A stretch of DNA of 64,000 nt, from NCBI GenBank assembly GCA_947629655.1, contig CANREL010000004.1, positions 13,577 through 77,576 on the forward strand. Direction: 5' to 3'. Both the position numbers and the translations under genes were made by a program. The notes beneath the pieces were generated by a model. The model was given only the letters and a program-made list of their open reading frames with translations. It did no database searches and was not told where the DNA came from. Positions within the stretch are counted from its first letter, which is position 1; every line of letters begins with the position of its first letter. Source of the DNA: an uncultured Bacilli bacterium (GTDB taxonomy: Bacteria > Bacillota_I > Bacilli_A > RF39 > UBA660). Shown here one piece after another: positions 29,145 to 39,135 of the stretch.

Positions 29145-29663
29145 ATGGATAAATTTATTCCTAATAGTTATTATGAAAACATATATAGTATCAATTATGA
29201 TGCTTTGAAAAAGAAAAAAATTAAATGTATCATGTTTGATTTAGATAACACCTTAGCGCTAATTGATGAAGGAATACCACCAGAGAAAGTCATTAAATTT
29301 ATGAAGAATTTGAATAAGAGTTTTGATACTTATATCATTTCTAATAATAATCGTAAAAGAATTGAAAAGTTTTGTCGTCATTTCGATAGTGAATTTGTAG
29401 CTTTTGCTTTAAAACCATTATCTAAAGGATTTCGTCAAATTCAAAAGATGAAGAAATATAGAGTTGAAGAGATGTGCATCATTGGTGATCAGTTGATGAC
29501 AGATATATTTGGCGGAAATAGATTTGGGTGTTATACTATACTCGTTGATCCCCTTGGGAAAAAAGATTTAAAAGTTACGACTCTAAATCGATTCTTAGAA
29601 AATAGAATATTAAAAAAACTATCTAAAAGGGGCATACTGGAAAGAGGTAAATATTATGAGTAA
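29145..29663 (+). CDS. yqeG: YqeG-family HAD-IIIA phosphatase.
   Basis: FDLDNTL HAD motif I; 172 aa; immediately upstream of yqeH. Confidence 0.75.
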   Translation: MDKFIPNSYYENIYSINYDALKKKKIKCIMFDLDNTLALIDEGIPPEKVIKFMKNLNKSFDTYIISNNNRKRIEKFCRHFDSEFVAFALKPLSKGFRQIQKMKKYRVEEMCIIGDQLMTDIFGGNRFGCYTILVDPLGKKDLKVTTLNRFLENRILKKLSKRGILERGKYYE

Positions 29664-30660
29664 AAAGATTTGTATTGGATGTGGAGTTACTCTTCAAGAT
29701 GAAAATATGAGTCAAGAAGGATATACTAGTAATATTGAGAATGATATATGTAGTCGTTGTTTTCGAATGAAGAACTATGGTGAATATCAAATTGTCACTA
29801 AATCTAATGATGAATACATAAAGATTTTAAAAGAAGTTAATAAGACGAAAGATTTAGTCTTATACATCGTCGATGCTTTAAATTTTGGTGAAGACATTAC
29901 GGAAATTAGAAAATATATATCTAATAAAATGATTTTAGTTTTAAATAAAAGAGATGTCTTACCTAAAAGTGTCAAAGATGATAAATTGATTGCATATTTG
30001 AAAAAGTTTGATATCGATTTTCAAGATATAATTGTCGTCAGTTGTTTAAAAAATTATAATATTGATGAATTGATGGCGATGATTAAGAAGTATAAGACGA
30101 GTAAAAATGTCTATGTTGTTGGAAATACTAATGTTGGTAAGAGCAGTTTAATAAATAAACTCATAAAGAATTACTCAGAGTATGAAGGGGAGTTGACGAT
30201 ATCGCCAATGCCTTCAACAACTCTCAATAAAATAAGTATAAAATTGAGCGATGATTTAAAAATTATTGATACGCCAGGGTTAGTAAATCGTGGTAATATC
30301 ATCAATTATGTCGATAATAGTATGTTGAAAAAAATAAATCCTAAAAAGGAAATAAAACCGAAAACTTATCAAATAAAAGAAGGTCAATGTCTAGTGATAG
30401 GTGATTTGTTCAGAATTGATTATGTAGCAGGTGAAAAAAACAGTTTTACTCTATTCGTATCGAATGACTTAAAAGTCAAACGATATAATATGTACAAATG
30501 TGAATTGTTAAAGAATCTTTCAAAAACGACTTATGATATTGGTTATCATAAAGATCTCGTCATTGATGGATTAGGGTTTATTAAGATCGTTTCGAAAGCT
30601 AAAGTCGATGTTTATGTCGATATAAATGTTAACGTTTTTGAGAGGGAATCTTTAATTTAG
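29656..30660 (+). CDS. yqeH: Ribosome-biogenesis GTPase YqeH.
   Basis: N-terminal Zn finger (CIGCG...CSRCF), circularly permuted G-domain (LNKRD, GNTNVGKSSLIN, DTPG). Confidence 0.85.
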   Translation: MSKKICIGCGVTLQDENMSQEGYTSNIENDICSRCFRMKNYGEYQIVTKSNDEYIKILKEVNKTKDLVLYIVDALNFGEDITEIRKYISNKMILVLNKRDVLPKSVKDDKLIAYLKKFDIDFQDIIVVSCLKNYNIDELMAMIKKYKTSKNVYVVGNTNVGKSSLINKLIKNYSEYEGELTISPMPSTTLNKISIKLSDDLKIIDTPGLVNRGNIINYVDNSMLKKINPKKEIKPKTYQIKEGQCLVIGDLFRIDYVAGEKNSFTLFVSNDLKVKRYNMYKCELLKNLSKTTYDIGYHKDLVIDGLGFIKIVSKAKVDVYVDINVNVFERESLI

Positions 30661-30664
30661 AGAA

Positions 30665-30701
30665 AAAAGCCTAAAAAGTTTGTATTTTGGCTTTTTTTTT
30701 A
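30665..30701 (+). terminator. Intrinsic terminator after yqeH.
   Basis: AAAAGCC...GGCTTTT hairpin followed by T10. Confidence 0.55.
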
Positions 30702-30724
30702 TTATAATTAATATGGGTGTAGAT

Positions 30725-31447
30725 ATGAAAATAAACGTTAAAGATACAGATGTCAATTACATACAATATGGTAAGGGGAAAGAGTTAATTTTACTCCATG
30801 GATGGGGACAAAATATTGAGATGATGAAACCCCTTGGTGATCGATTAGAAGATAAATATCATATTACGATTATAGATTTACCGGGTTTTGGTGCAAGTGC
30901 TGAACCGGAAAAAGTGTTCACAGTCAGTGATTATTGTGAAGTAGTTGAAGAAATCGTAAAGAAACTGAAGATAAAGAAACCGACCCTGATTGGGCATTCC
31001 TTTGGTGGACGCGTATCGATTGTTTATGCTTCACGAAATGAAATTGATAAGTTGATCTTATTTGGTAGTCCTTGCATTAGAACGGAAGAGAAAGAAAGTC
31101 TCAAACTTAAAACTTTAAAAACTTTGAAGAAAGTTCCAGGACTTAACAAATTTGAGAATTTTGCGAAGAGACATATCGGCAGTAGAGATTATAAAAATGC
31201 CAGTGAAATGATGCGTAAGATTTTGGTTGAAACTGTTAATACCGATTTATCTGAATATGCGAAAAAAATAAAATGTCCAACGTTATTGATGTGGGGCGAT
31301 AATGATTTGGAAGAACCAGTTGAAAGAGCCCGTGAATTGGAAAAAGTTATTGATGATGCAGCACTAATCGTTTTTCCCAATTCGAGTCATTATGCATATT
31401 TAGAGAATATCGATCAAGTCATAAAAATAATAAAAGAATTTGTATAG
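30725..31447 (+). CDS. Alpha/beta-fold hydrolase.
   Basis: HGWG oxyanion motif and GHSFGG nucleophile elbow. The ATG at 30725 follows a GGGTG RBS; the longer ORF-track start would run through the terminator. Confidence 0.7.
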   Translation: MKINVKDTDVNYIQYGKGKELILLHGWGQNIEMMKPLGDRLEDKYHITIIDLPGFGASAEPEKVFTVSDYCEVVEEIVKKLKIKKPTLIGHSFGGRVSIVYASRNEIDKLILFGSPCIRTEEKESLKLKTLKTLKKVPGLNKFENFAKRHIGSRDYKNASEMMRKILVETVNTDLSEYAKKIKCPTLLMWGDNDLEEPVERARELEKVIDDAALIVFPNSSHYAYLENIDQVIKIIKEFV

Positions 31448-31457
31448 GAGTGATTTT

Positions 31458-33071
31458 ATGTTAGTTTGTGCATATATAGTAATGGCGGTTGTTTTCATCT
31501 ATTCAATGATTAAAATGAAAAGAAGTCTACATATGATTCAACAAAATTTATACAATGAGAATAATCGATATTTGAGATGGATCAGTAAGAATAGAAAAGA
31601 GATATATAAAAATCTTGATGTCTATGGAATCGTATTTGTTTTCTGTTATGCATGGTGTTTTAATACTTATGTATCATTCTATTTCTTTGGACTTATCATT
31701 GCTCTTTATTTGATTTCAACTATTATTAATATAAAGAGTAGACAGAATGATCAAAATAAGAAACCATTAGTCATAACAGCTAGAGTTAAGAGATTGATTG
31801 TGACGACAAGTGTTTTGTATTTAATTCCTTGTTTATTAGGAATATTTATCAAATCTAATTTATGCGATTTCATATTTTTATTATCAATTATGGCTGTTTT
31901 AAATTTTTATGTCGTATATCTTGCTTCAGTCATAAATATTCCAATTGAAAAGATGATTTATCATCACTATGAGAAACAAGCTAAAGAAAAGTTAGCAAGT
32001 ATGAAAAATCTCAAAGTTATTGGAATTACGGGAAGTTATGGTAAGACTAGCTGTAAAAATGTCTTAGCTGATGTTTTAAACATTAAATATAATACTTTGG
32101 CATCACCTAAGAGCATAAATACTTTTAATGGTCTAATGATAACAATAAATAATGAATTAACTAAGTTTGATGATTGTTTCATTGCTGAAATGGGGGCTTA
32201 TGTCAAAGGAGAAATAAATGGTTTGTGCAAATTAGTAAATCCTAAATATGGAATAATTACTAGTATTGGAACAGCTCATTTGGAAACTTTTGGTAGTGAA
32301 AAGAACATTCAAGAAGGAAAGATGGAACTTATTGAATATCTACCTAAAGATGGTGTTGGTGTTTTGAATCGTGATGATGAAAAACAAAAAAATTATAAAA
32401 TCAAAAAGAAAGATCATTGTAAGATACTTTGGGTAGGAATTGATAGCAAGGATGAAGTTGATGTCAAAGCACTCAATATAAAGTGTAGTAATGAAGGAAC
32501 TACTTTTGATTGCGTCTTCAAAGGTGATAAGAAAAAGTATCAATTCAAGACTAAACTACTTGGAAAACATAATGTCTATAACATAATTTCAGCGCTAGCT
32601 TTAGGACGTGAGTGGGGAATTGAAATAGATAAATTACAACAAGCAGTTAAAAAGATCAAACCGATTGAACATCGTTTAGAAATAAAAAAATTCAATAATT
32701 TTTATCAATTGGATGATGCATATAATTCTAATCCAGTTGGTGCTAAAGCGGCTTTAGATGTTTTAGATATGATGAATGGTGAAAAAGTTGTCATAACACC
32801 TGGGATGGTGGAACTTGGTGAAAAAGAAGAATACTACAATAGAGAATTTGGTAAACAAATAGCTGAAGTTGCTGATAGAGTAATCTTGGTTGGAGAAAAG
32901 AAGACTAAACCAATTTTACAGGGATTAAAAGATATGAAATTCAATGAGAAAGACATCAAAGTTATAAATGATGTCAGAGAAGCATATACAATTTTGAATA
33001 AGATTAATAGTAAGAAAAACGTTTATGCGCTTTTTGAAAATGATTTACCTGATACATATAATGAAAAGTAG
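31458..33071 (+). CDS. murF: MurF-like Mur ligase (D-Ala-D-Ala adding enzyme) with an N-terminal ~170-aa polytopic membrane extension in place of the usual N-terminal domain.
   Basis: GITGSYGKTS P-loop, DDAYNSNP and GMVELGE C-terminal motifs. Four TM helices precede the P-loop. Adjacent to ddl. Confidence 0.7.
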   Translation: MLVCAYIVMAVVFIYSMIKMKRSLHMIQQNLYNENNRYLRWISKNRKEIYKNLDVYGIVFVFCYAWCFNTYVSFYFFGLIIALYLISTIINIKSRQNDQNKKPLVITARVKRLIVTTSVLYLIPCLLGIFIKSNLCDFIFLLSIMAVLNFYVVYLASVINIPIEKMIYHHYEKQAKEKLASMKNLKVIGITGSYGKTSCKNVLADVLNIKYNTLASPKSINTFNGLMITINNELTKFDDCFIAEMGAYVKGEINGLCKLVNPKYGIITSIGTAHLETFGSEKNIQEGKMELIEYLPKDGVGVLNRDDEKQKNYKIKKKDHCKILWVGIDSKDEVDVKALNIKCSNEGTTFDCVFKGDKKKYQFKTKLLGKHNVYNIISALALGREWGIEIDKLQQAVKKIKPIEHRLEIKKFNNFYQLDDAYNSNPVGAKAALDVLDMMNGEKVVITPGMVELGEKEEYYNREFGKQIAEVADRVILVGEKKTKPILQGLKDMKFNEKDIKVINDVREAYTILNKINSKKNVYALFENDLPDTYNEK

Positions 33072-33083
33072 GAGATGATTTAA

Positions 33084-34286
33084 ATGATAAAAGTTGGTGT
33101 TATTTTTGGTGGAGAAAGCGTTGAACATGAAGTAAGTATTATTTCAGCTGTTCAAGCTATGAACAAGATGGATACTGAAAAGTATGAAATCGTACCCATC
33201 TATATCACAAAAGATGGTGAGTGGTATACAGGAGATTTCTTAAAGGAAATTGAAACATTCCAGGACATGCATCTTTTAAAAAAATATGCGAAAAATGTAG
33301 TTTTGTACAAGAGACATGGCAGCTATATCTTACAGAGCAAGGGCTTCTTTAGAAGTGTTGTCAAAGAAATAGATATCGCTTTTCCAATCGTTCATGGAAC
33401 GAATGTTGAAGATGGAGCTTTACAAGGATATTTAAAAACTATTGGTATTCCTTTTGTTGGACCAGATGTTTGTCCAGCAGCTATTGGTCAAGATAAAATC
33501 TTCCAAAAACAAATTTGGGGAAGTGAAGATTTACCAATTCCTAGATATACTTGGTTTTTTGATAGTGAGTATGAAGAAAATCCAGAAGAAGTCATTAAAA
33601 AAGTTGAAAAGATTAAATATCCAGTTATTGTTAAACCAGCTACTTTAGGTAGTAGTGTTGGTATCAGTGTTGCTCACAAAAAAGAAGAATTGATTGAAGC
33701 GATTGAGGATGCCATAACTTATGACAATAAGATTTTAGTTGAAGAAGTAATTGAAAACTTAGTTGAAGTTAATGTCAGTGTCGTTGGTAATCATGACAGT
33801 CTAGATACTAGTGTCATTGAACAAGTCTTGACGGGTAATGACTTACTTACATATGAAGATAAATATATTGGGGGAACGAAGAAGTCAAGCGCTAGTAAAG
33901 GAATGCTTTCAGCTACTCGTAAGATTCCTGCTGATATTGGTGATAAATTGACAAATGAAGTTAAAGACGTTGCTATTCGTGCTTTTAAAGCTTTGAATTT
34001 AAGTGGTGATGTCAGAATAGATTTCTTAATTGATTCAAAGAAGAAAAAAGTATATATAAATGAAGTTAATACCATTCCTGGTTCACTTGCTTTCTATTTG
34101 TGGGAACCAGTTGGTAAAGATTATACAGAATTATTAGATGAACTTATAAATGTTGCTGTTAAAGACTACAAAAAGCGCGTTAATAAGACACACTCTTTTG
34201 ATACTAATATACTAAGTGGATTTGCTAATGGATTAAAGGGGTCAAAAGGAATGAAAGGTGCTAAAGAAGTTAAATCTTTGAAGTAG
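33084..34286 (+). CDS. ddl: D-alanine--D-alanine ligase.
   Basis: MIKVGVIFGGESVEHEVSIISA N-terminus, ATP-grasp body, and a ~30-aa Lys/Gly-rich C-terminal tail. Confidence 0.9.
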   Translation: MIKVGVIFGGESVEHEVSIISAVQAMNKMDTEKYEIVPIYITKDGEWYTGDFLKEIETFQDMHLLKKYAKNVVLYKRHGSYILQSKGFFRSVVKEIDIAFPIVHGTNVEDGALQGYLKTIGIPFVGPDVCPAAIGQDKIFQKQIWGSEDLPIPRYTWFFDSEYEENPEEVIKKVEKIKYPVIVKPATLGSSVGISVAHKKEELIEAIEDAITYDNKILVEEVIENLVEVNVSVVGNHDSLDTSVIEQVLTGNDLLTYEDKYIGGTKKSSASKGMLSATRKIPADIGDKLTNEVKDVAIRAFKALNLSGDVRIDFLIDSKKKKVYINEVNTIPGSLAFYLWEPVGKDYTELLDELINVAVKDYKKRVNKTHSFDTNILSGFANGLKGSKGMKGAKEVKSLK

Positions 34287-34316
34287 TGTGACAATATTCT
34301 ACAGGGGGTGTAAGTA

Positions 34317-35450
34317 TTGGATAACTTTTTTGAATCGGGTTTGGACAGTTTGAGTGATGAAGCTCTTAAATATGTCGGAGTTACTAATCTCGATTTTAGA
34401 ACCCATCTCTCTAAAGATGAATTGTTGGAGGTTCAAAATATAATGTTCTCAATAAATACTTTAATACAGATCACTTTTAAAGATGGAACTTTTGTAAGCG
34501 ATATTGAGAATGTAAAACATTTATTAGAAAATTCACCAATGTGTGATGATAGAAAAATAGAGAAGATCATTCTCAGAAGAAATACATCTGATGAAGTTAA
34601 ACAGATATTGATGATGCCTTATGATAATCCTGATACTTGGAATATTGCTTATGATGTTCACGATGATACTTATATGATAACGACGTTACCCAATTATCGT
34701 CTCATGGAGGAATATATAGGTGTTGTTCTATCTTGTATTAAGGATGACATGAGTCCTTTGGAAAAAATAAAAGAAGTATATGATTTTGTCAAGTTATTGG
34801 AACTTGATGAAAAGGCGAGTAATAGATTTCCTGATATCATAAAAAATAGAGTCACTAACAATTTGGGATTTAATGTTTTATTCAGTGAAATTTTGAAGAG
34901 AATAGGAATTAAATCTTATATTGGGAAGATTCAAAGAGAACAGATGGAATATATCACAATTGTTTCTGTTAAAGATGAAAAGTATGAAGCAGATGGTATA
35001 TATGCATTTGATCCAGTTAGTGATTCAATTCCCAAGCATGCTTATAAAAATGATGCCATGCGTAAAATAAATTATAATTTTTTTGCTCTTTCTTTGAAAA
35101 AGATTGTTTCAACTACTTCTTCGGATAAATTATTAGAACCATTATCCCTATTAACTATTGATTCTTTAGATTTTTCAGAACGTCGAGTTAATGTCAATGA
35201 ACGTAGAAAGTTAGAAGAGATTTTTGATTCAAATTATGAAGAAATATTTAAAATAGTAAATAAAACTAAAGATATAAAAGATGAAAATTTATTAAATTTA
35301 TTCATTTCGACAGTTCATCGTGAAGATTTTATCAATTTGAATAGAGATATTGAAGAATTGATAAGAAACAATTATTATTTACGAAAGAAAGATCTTTTTA
35401 TAAATCTTAAGAAAGATGATATTGAAGATATGAATATTCATGATGTTTAA
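34317..35450 (+). CDS. Cytoplasmic hypothetical protein, possibly a degenerate transglutaminase-like fold.
   Basis: TTG start with a GGGGGTG RBS. MSPLEKIKEVYDFV...GIKSYIG resembles the transglutaminase-like core but lacks the catalytic Cys. Confidence 0.45.
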   Translation: MDNFFESGLDSLSDEALKYVGVTNLDFRTHLSKDELLEVQNIMFSINTLIQITFKDGTFVSDIENVKHLLENSPMCDDRKIEKIILRRNTSDEVKQILMMPYDNPDTWNIAYDVHDDTYMITTLPNYRLMEEYIGVVLSCIKDDMSPLEKIKEVYDFVKLLELDEKASNRFPDIIKNRVTNNLGFNVLFSEILKRIGIKSYIGKIQREQMEYITIVSVKDEKYEADGIYAFDPVSDSIPKHAYKNDAMRKINYNFFALSLKKIVSTTSSDKLLEPLSLLTIDSLDFSERRVNVNERRKLEEIFDSNYEEIFKIVNKTKDIKDENLLNLFISTVHREDFINLNRDIEELIRNNYYLRKKDLFINLKKDDIEDMNIHDV

Positions 35451-35480
35451 AGATTAAATAAGTTTATTTAATCTTTTTAT
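35451..35480 (+). terminator. Intrinsic terminator.
   Basis: AGATTAAATAA-gtt-TATTTAATCT hairpin followed by a T-run. Confidence 0.6.
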
Positions 35481-35541
35481 ATTGTTGTTATTTTCAAGAA
35501 GAAATGATATCATATAGATAGAATATAATAGGTGGTGCCAT

Positions 35542-38277
35542 ATGAAAAGAACTAATAAAAAGGGATTTACTCTAATGGAAGTAATAGCGGTCATAATAAT
35601 TTTAGGATTATTAATCATGATAGCTGTACCAGCCGTAAATAAACAGTTATCAAATTTTAGAGTAAATTATTATGATAAATTGGAGAGTAGTGCGAAAGCT
35701 GCTGGTGAAGATTATGTCTCAGATAAAAGATATGCGAAACCGACGAAACTTTTGTACTCTAAGGTTATTAAGATTAGTGAATTGGAAGATGAAGGGTATA
35801 TCGATGAAGTAAAAGATTATCTCGGTAATAAATGTGATTCGAAAGATACTTCATACAGTTATGTCGTCGTCGTTAAAACAGGAGAAAAAGAGTATCAATA
35901 TCAAGCATGTTTAAGATGTAGTGAAGATGAATATGCGACAAATACGAATGATAAAAAATATAATTTATGTGATACTGCTTGGTTAAATAATACAGGAATA
36001 GAATATGTTAAACCAGGTATTAGTAGTGATTTGTTATATGTTTATTATGGAACTACAGAACAAGAGATCAAAGAGCAAGTTGGAATAACTTACGATATTG
36101 TAAAAAGAGATCGAAATGGGGAAGTTTTAGCGCAAGTAAAAAACAGTGAAGCTGAAGAAGATGACATTCTATACCCACAAAACATTGGTGAATTAGTAGG
36201 AAAAAATGTCAATAGTATCGTTGAATTGCGTTATGTTTTACCAAATGGTGAGACTTTAACGAGAAGAGCTGTCATTTATAAACACAACGATCCAAAAGTT
36301 ACGATGACATATGGTAATGCCAATACAGTAACTGGTAAAAAAGTTGGCGATAAATATAATAATGGTAGTAATGAATGGGCAAGTAAATTAAATATAAAAA
36401 TTGAATTCTCACCTAGTGATATCAAAGAGATAACTGATAAGATTAACATGAAGACAGCTGAGTATTATGATCCTGCTACTAACAAATGGGTTGATACCAA
36501 TTGTAGTTTGAGTAGTGATAAAAAGAGTTGTACTTGGACGGTTGCTAGTAACTTTAATAAATCAGTCAAGATAAGAGTAGTTAATCAAAATGATCGCCGA
36601 GGTGATGGCATAAAAGAACACTCAATAAAAGTTGATATAACGAAACCGACATGTGCAAGTAACAATGGCAGTACGACGTGGGCAAAATCACGAACTGTCA
36701 CTGAGAGTTGTACAGATAGTGGTGGAAGTGGATGTAATAAAGGAAGTTATGCAATAACTTATCCAACTAGTTCAGTAAAAAATAAGAAAACTGATAACAT
36801 CACGATATATGATAATGCTGGTAATAGTCAAAGTTGTCCTGTCAATATTTATGTTGACTCAACACCACCTTCAAGTTGTGATGTAACATTACATGGTGTA
36901 ACTAATAATGGAACGACTAGTTCAGATATTACAATTGATGTCAAAGGTGTTGATAATGAAACTGATGCTAGTGGAATAAAGAGTGAAACAGTTGATGTCA
37001 AGTTAAATGGAAGTAGCCTTGGTGATATAAGAAATACGAGTGGTAAGAACAATGGTAAATATACAATAGTTGGAACTTGTACTGATAAAGCTGGAAATTC
37101 TAAAACTAGTGCAACGCAAACTTTCACTTTAAGTAAAAAGGTAACGATAAGCTATAGTGCTGGAGTTGGTGGTAGTGGAAGTATGGCTAGTACGACATGT
37201 GGTTATAATGAAAACTGTAACATAAGTGGAAACAGTTTTACTAGAACAGGATATCACTTCACGGGATGGAAAAATGGTAGTGCTAGTTATTTAGCTGGTG
37301 GAACGTATAAATTTACTTCAAATGTTACTTTGACAGCGCAATGGGCACCTAATACTTATACGATCAATTTCAATGGTAATGGTGCTAATGGTGGTGCAAC
37401 GGGAGCTGTTACTTGTACGTATGATCAAAATTGTACTTTGCCAGGAAATGGTTTTTCAAGAACGGGTTATAGATTTATTGGATGGGGTCTATCAACTGGT
37501 GATGGCGTTGTTTATAATAATGGCGCAACTGTTAATAATTTAGTTGCTAGTGGTTCAATTACGTTATATGCAAAATGGTCTGTTTACAAAGTTCACATCC
37601 GTTACAATACGAATGGTGGATCAATTTTGAGCAGTAATGCATCAGGAAGATGGTCAACATCTGGTAACAATGTTTATTTGAATGGTGCTTTATATGAAGA
37701 GACAATTGATTATGGTAGTAGAATGGGAAGTTCTGGTCTATCTAACTGGAATAATAGTGGATACATATACATAACACGCCCAAGTTATACAGCAGTACCT
37801 GGTCAAGAATGGGTATGTAATAGTGGATGTTCTTCCGTTGGTAGAAAGTTTAGTCAAGATGTCGTTTATAGTGCTAGTGACTTCTGTAATGCTGCTAATG
37901 GTGATTGTACAGTAACAGTGGGCGTTAACTGGCAAGTTGCCTGTGGACCAGTTTATTTGAGTGCTGTTTCAACTGGTGGTAACAATGGTGGTTACTGTTG
38001 GAATAACTGCATGGGTAAGAGTTGTCAAGATTATCGCATAACATTCTCAATTTCAGGATGTAATAGTGGCATGTATGGTCATGTCTGCTACTACAATCCA
38101 GCTGGTTACGGAATTAGTTGTAATGTCTTCCAAGCTACTTATCCAACTCATAACAGTGGATATGGTGTCGTTTGCTTCAACTCATCTACTAACTGGACAT
38201 ATGATAGATCAACTGAATGGGGATATGGTTATGTTTGTAATCAAGCTAACCAATGTGCTGAGAAAATAGCTCCATAG
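35542..38277 (+). CDS. Giant (911 aa) type-IV prepilin-like protein with Listeria-Bacteroides repeats and a Cys-rich C-terminal domain. Candidate pilus adhesin or giant pilin.
   Basis: Class-III signal KKGFTLMEVIAVIIILGLL (G/FTxxE). Two List_Bact repeats (FTRTGYHFTGWKNG...LTAQWAPNTYTINF and FSRTGYRFIGWG...LYAKW). The C-terminal ~150 aa contains more than 15 Cys. Confidence 0.7.
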   Translation: MKRTNKKGFTLMEVIAVIIILGLLIMIAVPAVNKQLSNFRVNYYDKLESSAKAAGEDYVSDKRYAKPTKLLYSKVIKISELEDEGYIDEVKDYLGNKCDSKDTSYSYVVVVKTGEKEYQYQACLRCSEDEYATNTNDKKYNLCDTAWLNNTGIEYVKPGISSDLLYVYYGTTEQEIKEQVGITYDIVKRDRNGEVLAQVKNSEAEEDDILYPQNIGELVGKNVNSIVELRYVLPNGETLTRRAVIYKHNDPKVTMTYGNANTVTGKKVGDKYNNGSNEWASKLNIKIEFSPSDIKEITDKINMKTAEYYDPATNKWVDTNCSLSSDKKSCTWTVASNFNKSVKIRVVNQNDRRGDGIKEHSIKVDITKPTCASNNGSTTWAKSRTVTESCTDSGGSGCNKGSYAITYPTSSVKNKKTDNITIYDNAGNSQSCPVNIYVDSTPPSSCDVTLHGVTNNGTTSSDITIDVKGVDNETDASGIKSETVDVKLNGSSLGDIRNTSGKNNGKYTIVGTCTDKAGNSKTSATQTFTLSKKVTISYSAGVGGSGSMASTTCGYNENCNISGNSFTRTGYHFTGWKNGSASYLAGGTYKFTSNVTLTAQWAPNTYTINFNGNGANGGATGAVTCTYDQNCTLPGNGFSRTGYRFIGWGLSTGDGVVYNNGATVNNLVASGSITLYAKWSVYKVHIRYNTNGGSILSSNASGRWSTSGNNVYLNGALYEETIDYGSRMGSSGLSNWNNSGYIYITRPSYTAVPGQEWVCNSGCSSVGRKFSQDVVYSASDFCNAANGDCTVTVGVNWQVACGPVYLSAVSTGGNNGGYCWNNCMGKSCQDYRITFSISGCNSGMYGHVCYYNPAGYGISCNVFQATYPTHNSGYGVVCFNSSTNWTYDRSTEWGYGYVCNQANQCAEKIAP

Positions 38278-38294
38278 TTAGAAAGGAAATTATT

Positions 38295-39122
38295 ATGAAA
38301 AAGAAAAACACAAAGAAAATTAAAAAGAATAATTCAAAAAAAGTTTTAATCGCATTTTCAATAATAGTGATGTTATCTATCATAACTTTGGCTCTATTTC
38401 TCATAAATAGCGACAATAAAAAATATAAGAGTAATAGAGAAGTAGTCGAAAATGTCATCAAAGATGTTTTCTTAACAGAAAATACTTCTCAAAAGAAAAT
38501 AGAAAATTATTTTGGTAATCAAACTGTAAAAGTATTTGTAGCAATGGGAGAGGATAGTTACTTGCGATATATCCCTCCAACTTTTACAGAAAAGAATGCT
38601 GACTACATGAAGTATGAAACTACTCAGAAAAAATATGCCGAAAAAGTAGAAGAAAAAATCTTGAACAACACGAGTTATGTCATAAGTGAGTATGAGGAAA
38701 ATGACAATTTGCAATTTAGGATAACCCCATGGTATTTTGCCCAATATTCCAGTGATTTGTCATATTTGAAAAATAAATTGTTAGAATTGAGTAATATTGA
38801 TCCAGAATTGGTTAATACTAATTATGATAAATATAGTTTTTATGAATATAAAGCTCGTGTTAAAGCTATGGAAATAATGGACAGATATTTAGATAATTAT
38901 GATAATAAAGATGAATCATTAGATTTTACTTTCTATTATGAAAATGGTGAACCCGCTGTTAATCAATATTTGAGTTTATATTTCAATTTAATTGGTATTA
39001 CATCAAAATACAATGTCAATAGTGATGAAAAAATAAAAGAACAAGTGACGAGAGTAGATAAATATTTAGATGAGGCAATTGATAAAAAAATAGTTGATAA
39101 AGATAATGCTTTAGCACTTTAG
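38295..39122 (+). CDS. Single-pass membrane protein, paralog 1 of a tandem pair.
   Basis: N-terminal K-rich segment and TM. About 45% identical to the 39136 ORF (ITPWYFAQYSSDLSYLKNKLLE vs VTPWYFALYSSDLSSLKNKLLE). Confidence 0.6.
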   Translation: MKKKNTKKIKKNNSKKVLIAFSIIVMLSIITLALFLINSDNKKYKSNREVVENVIKDVFLTENTSQKKIENYFGNQTVKVFVAMGEDSYLRYIPPTFTEKNADYMKYETTQKKYAEKVEEKILNNTSYVISEYEENDNLQFRITPWYFAQYSSDLSYLKNKLLELSNIDPELVNTNYDKYSFYEYKARVKAMEIMDRYLDNYDNKDESLDFTFYYENGEPAVNQYLSLYFNLIGITSKYNVNSDEKIKEQVTRVDKYLDEAIDKKIVDKDNALAL

Positions 39123-39135
39123 AAAGAAGATAATT

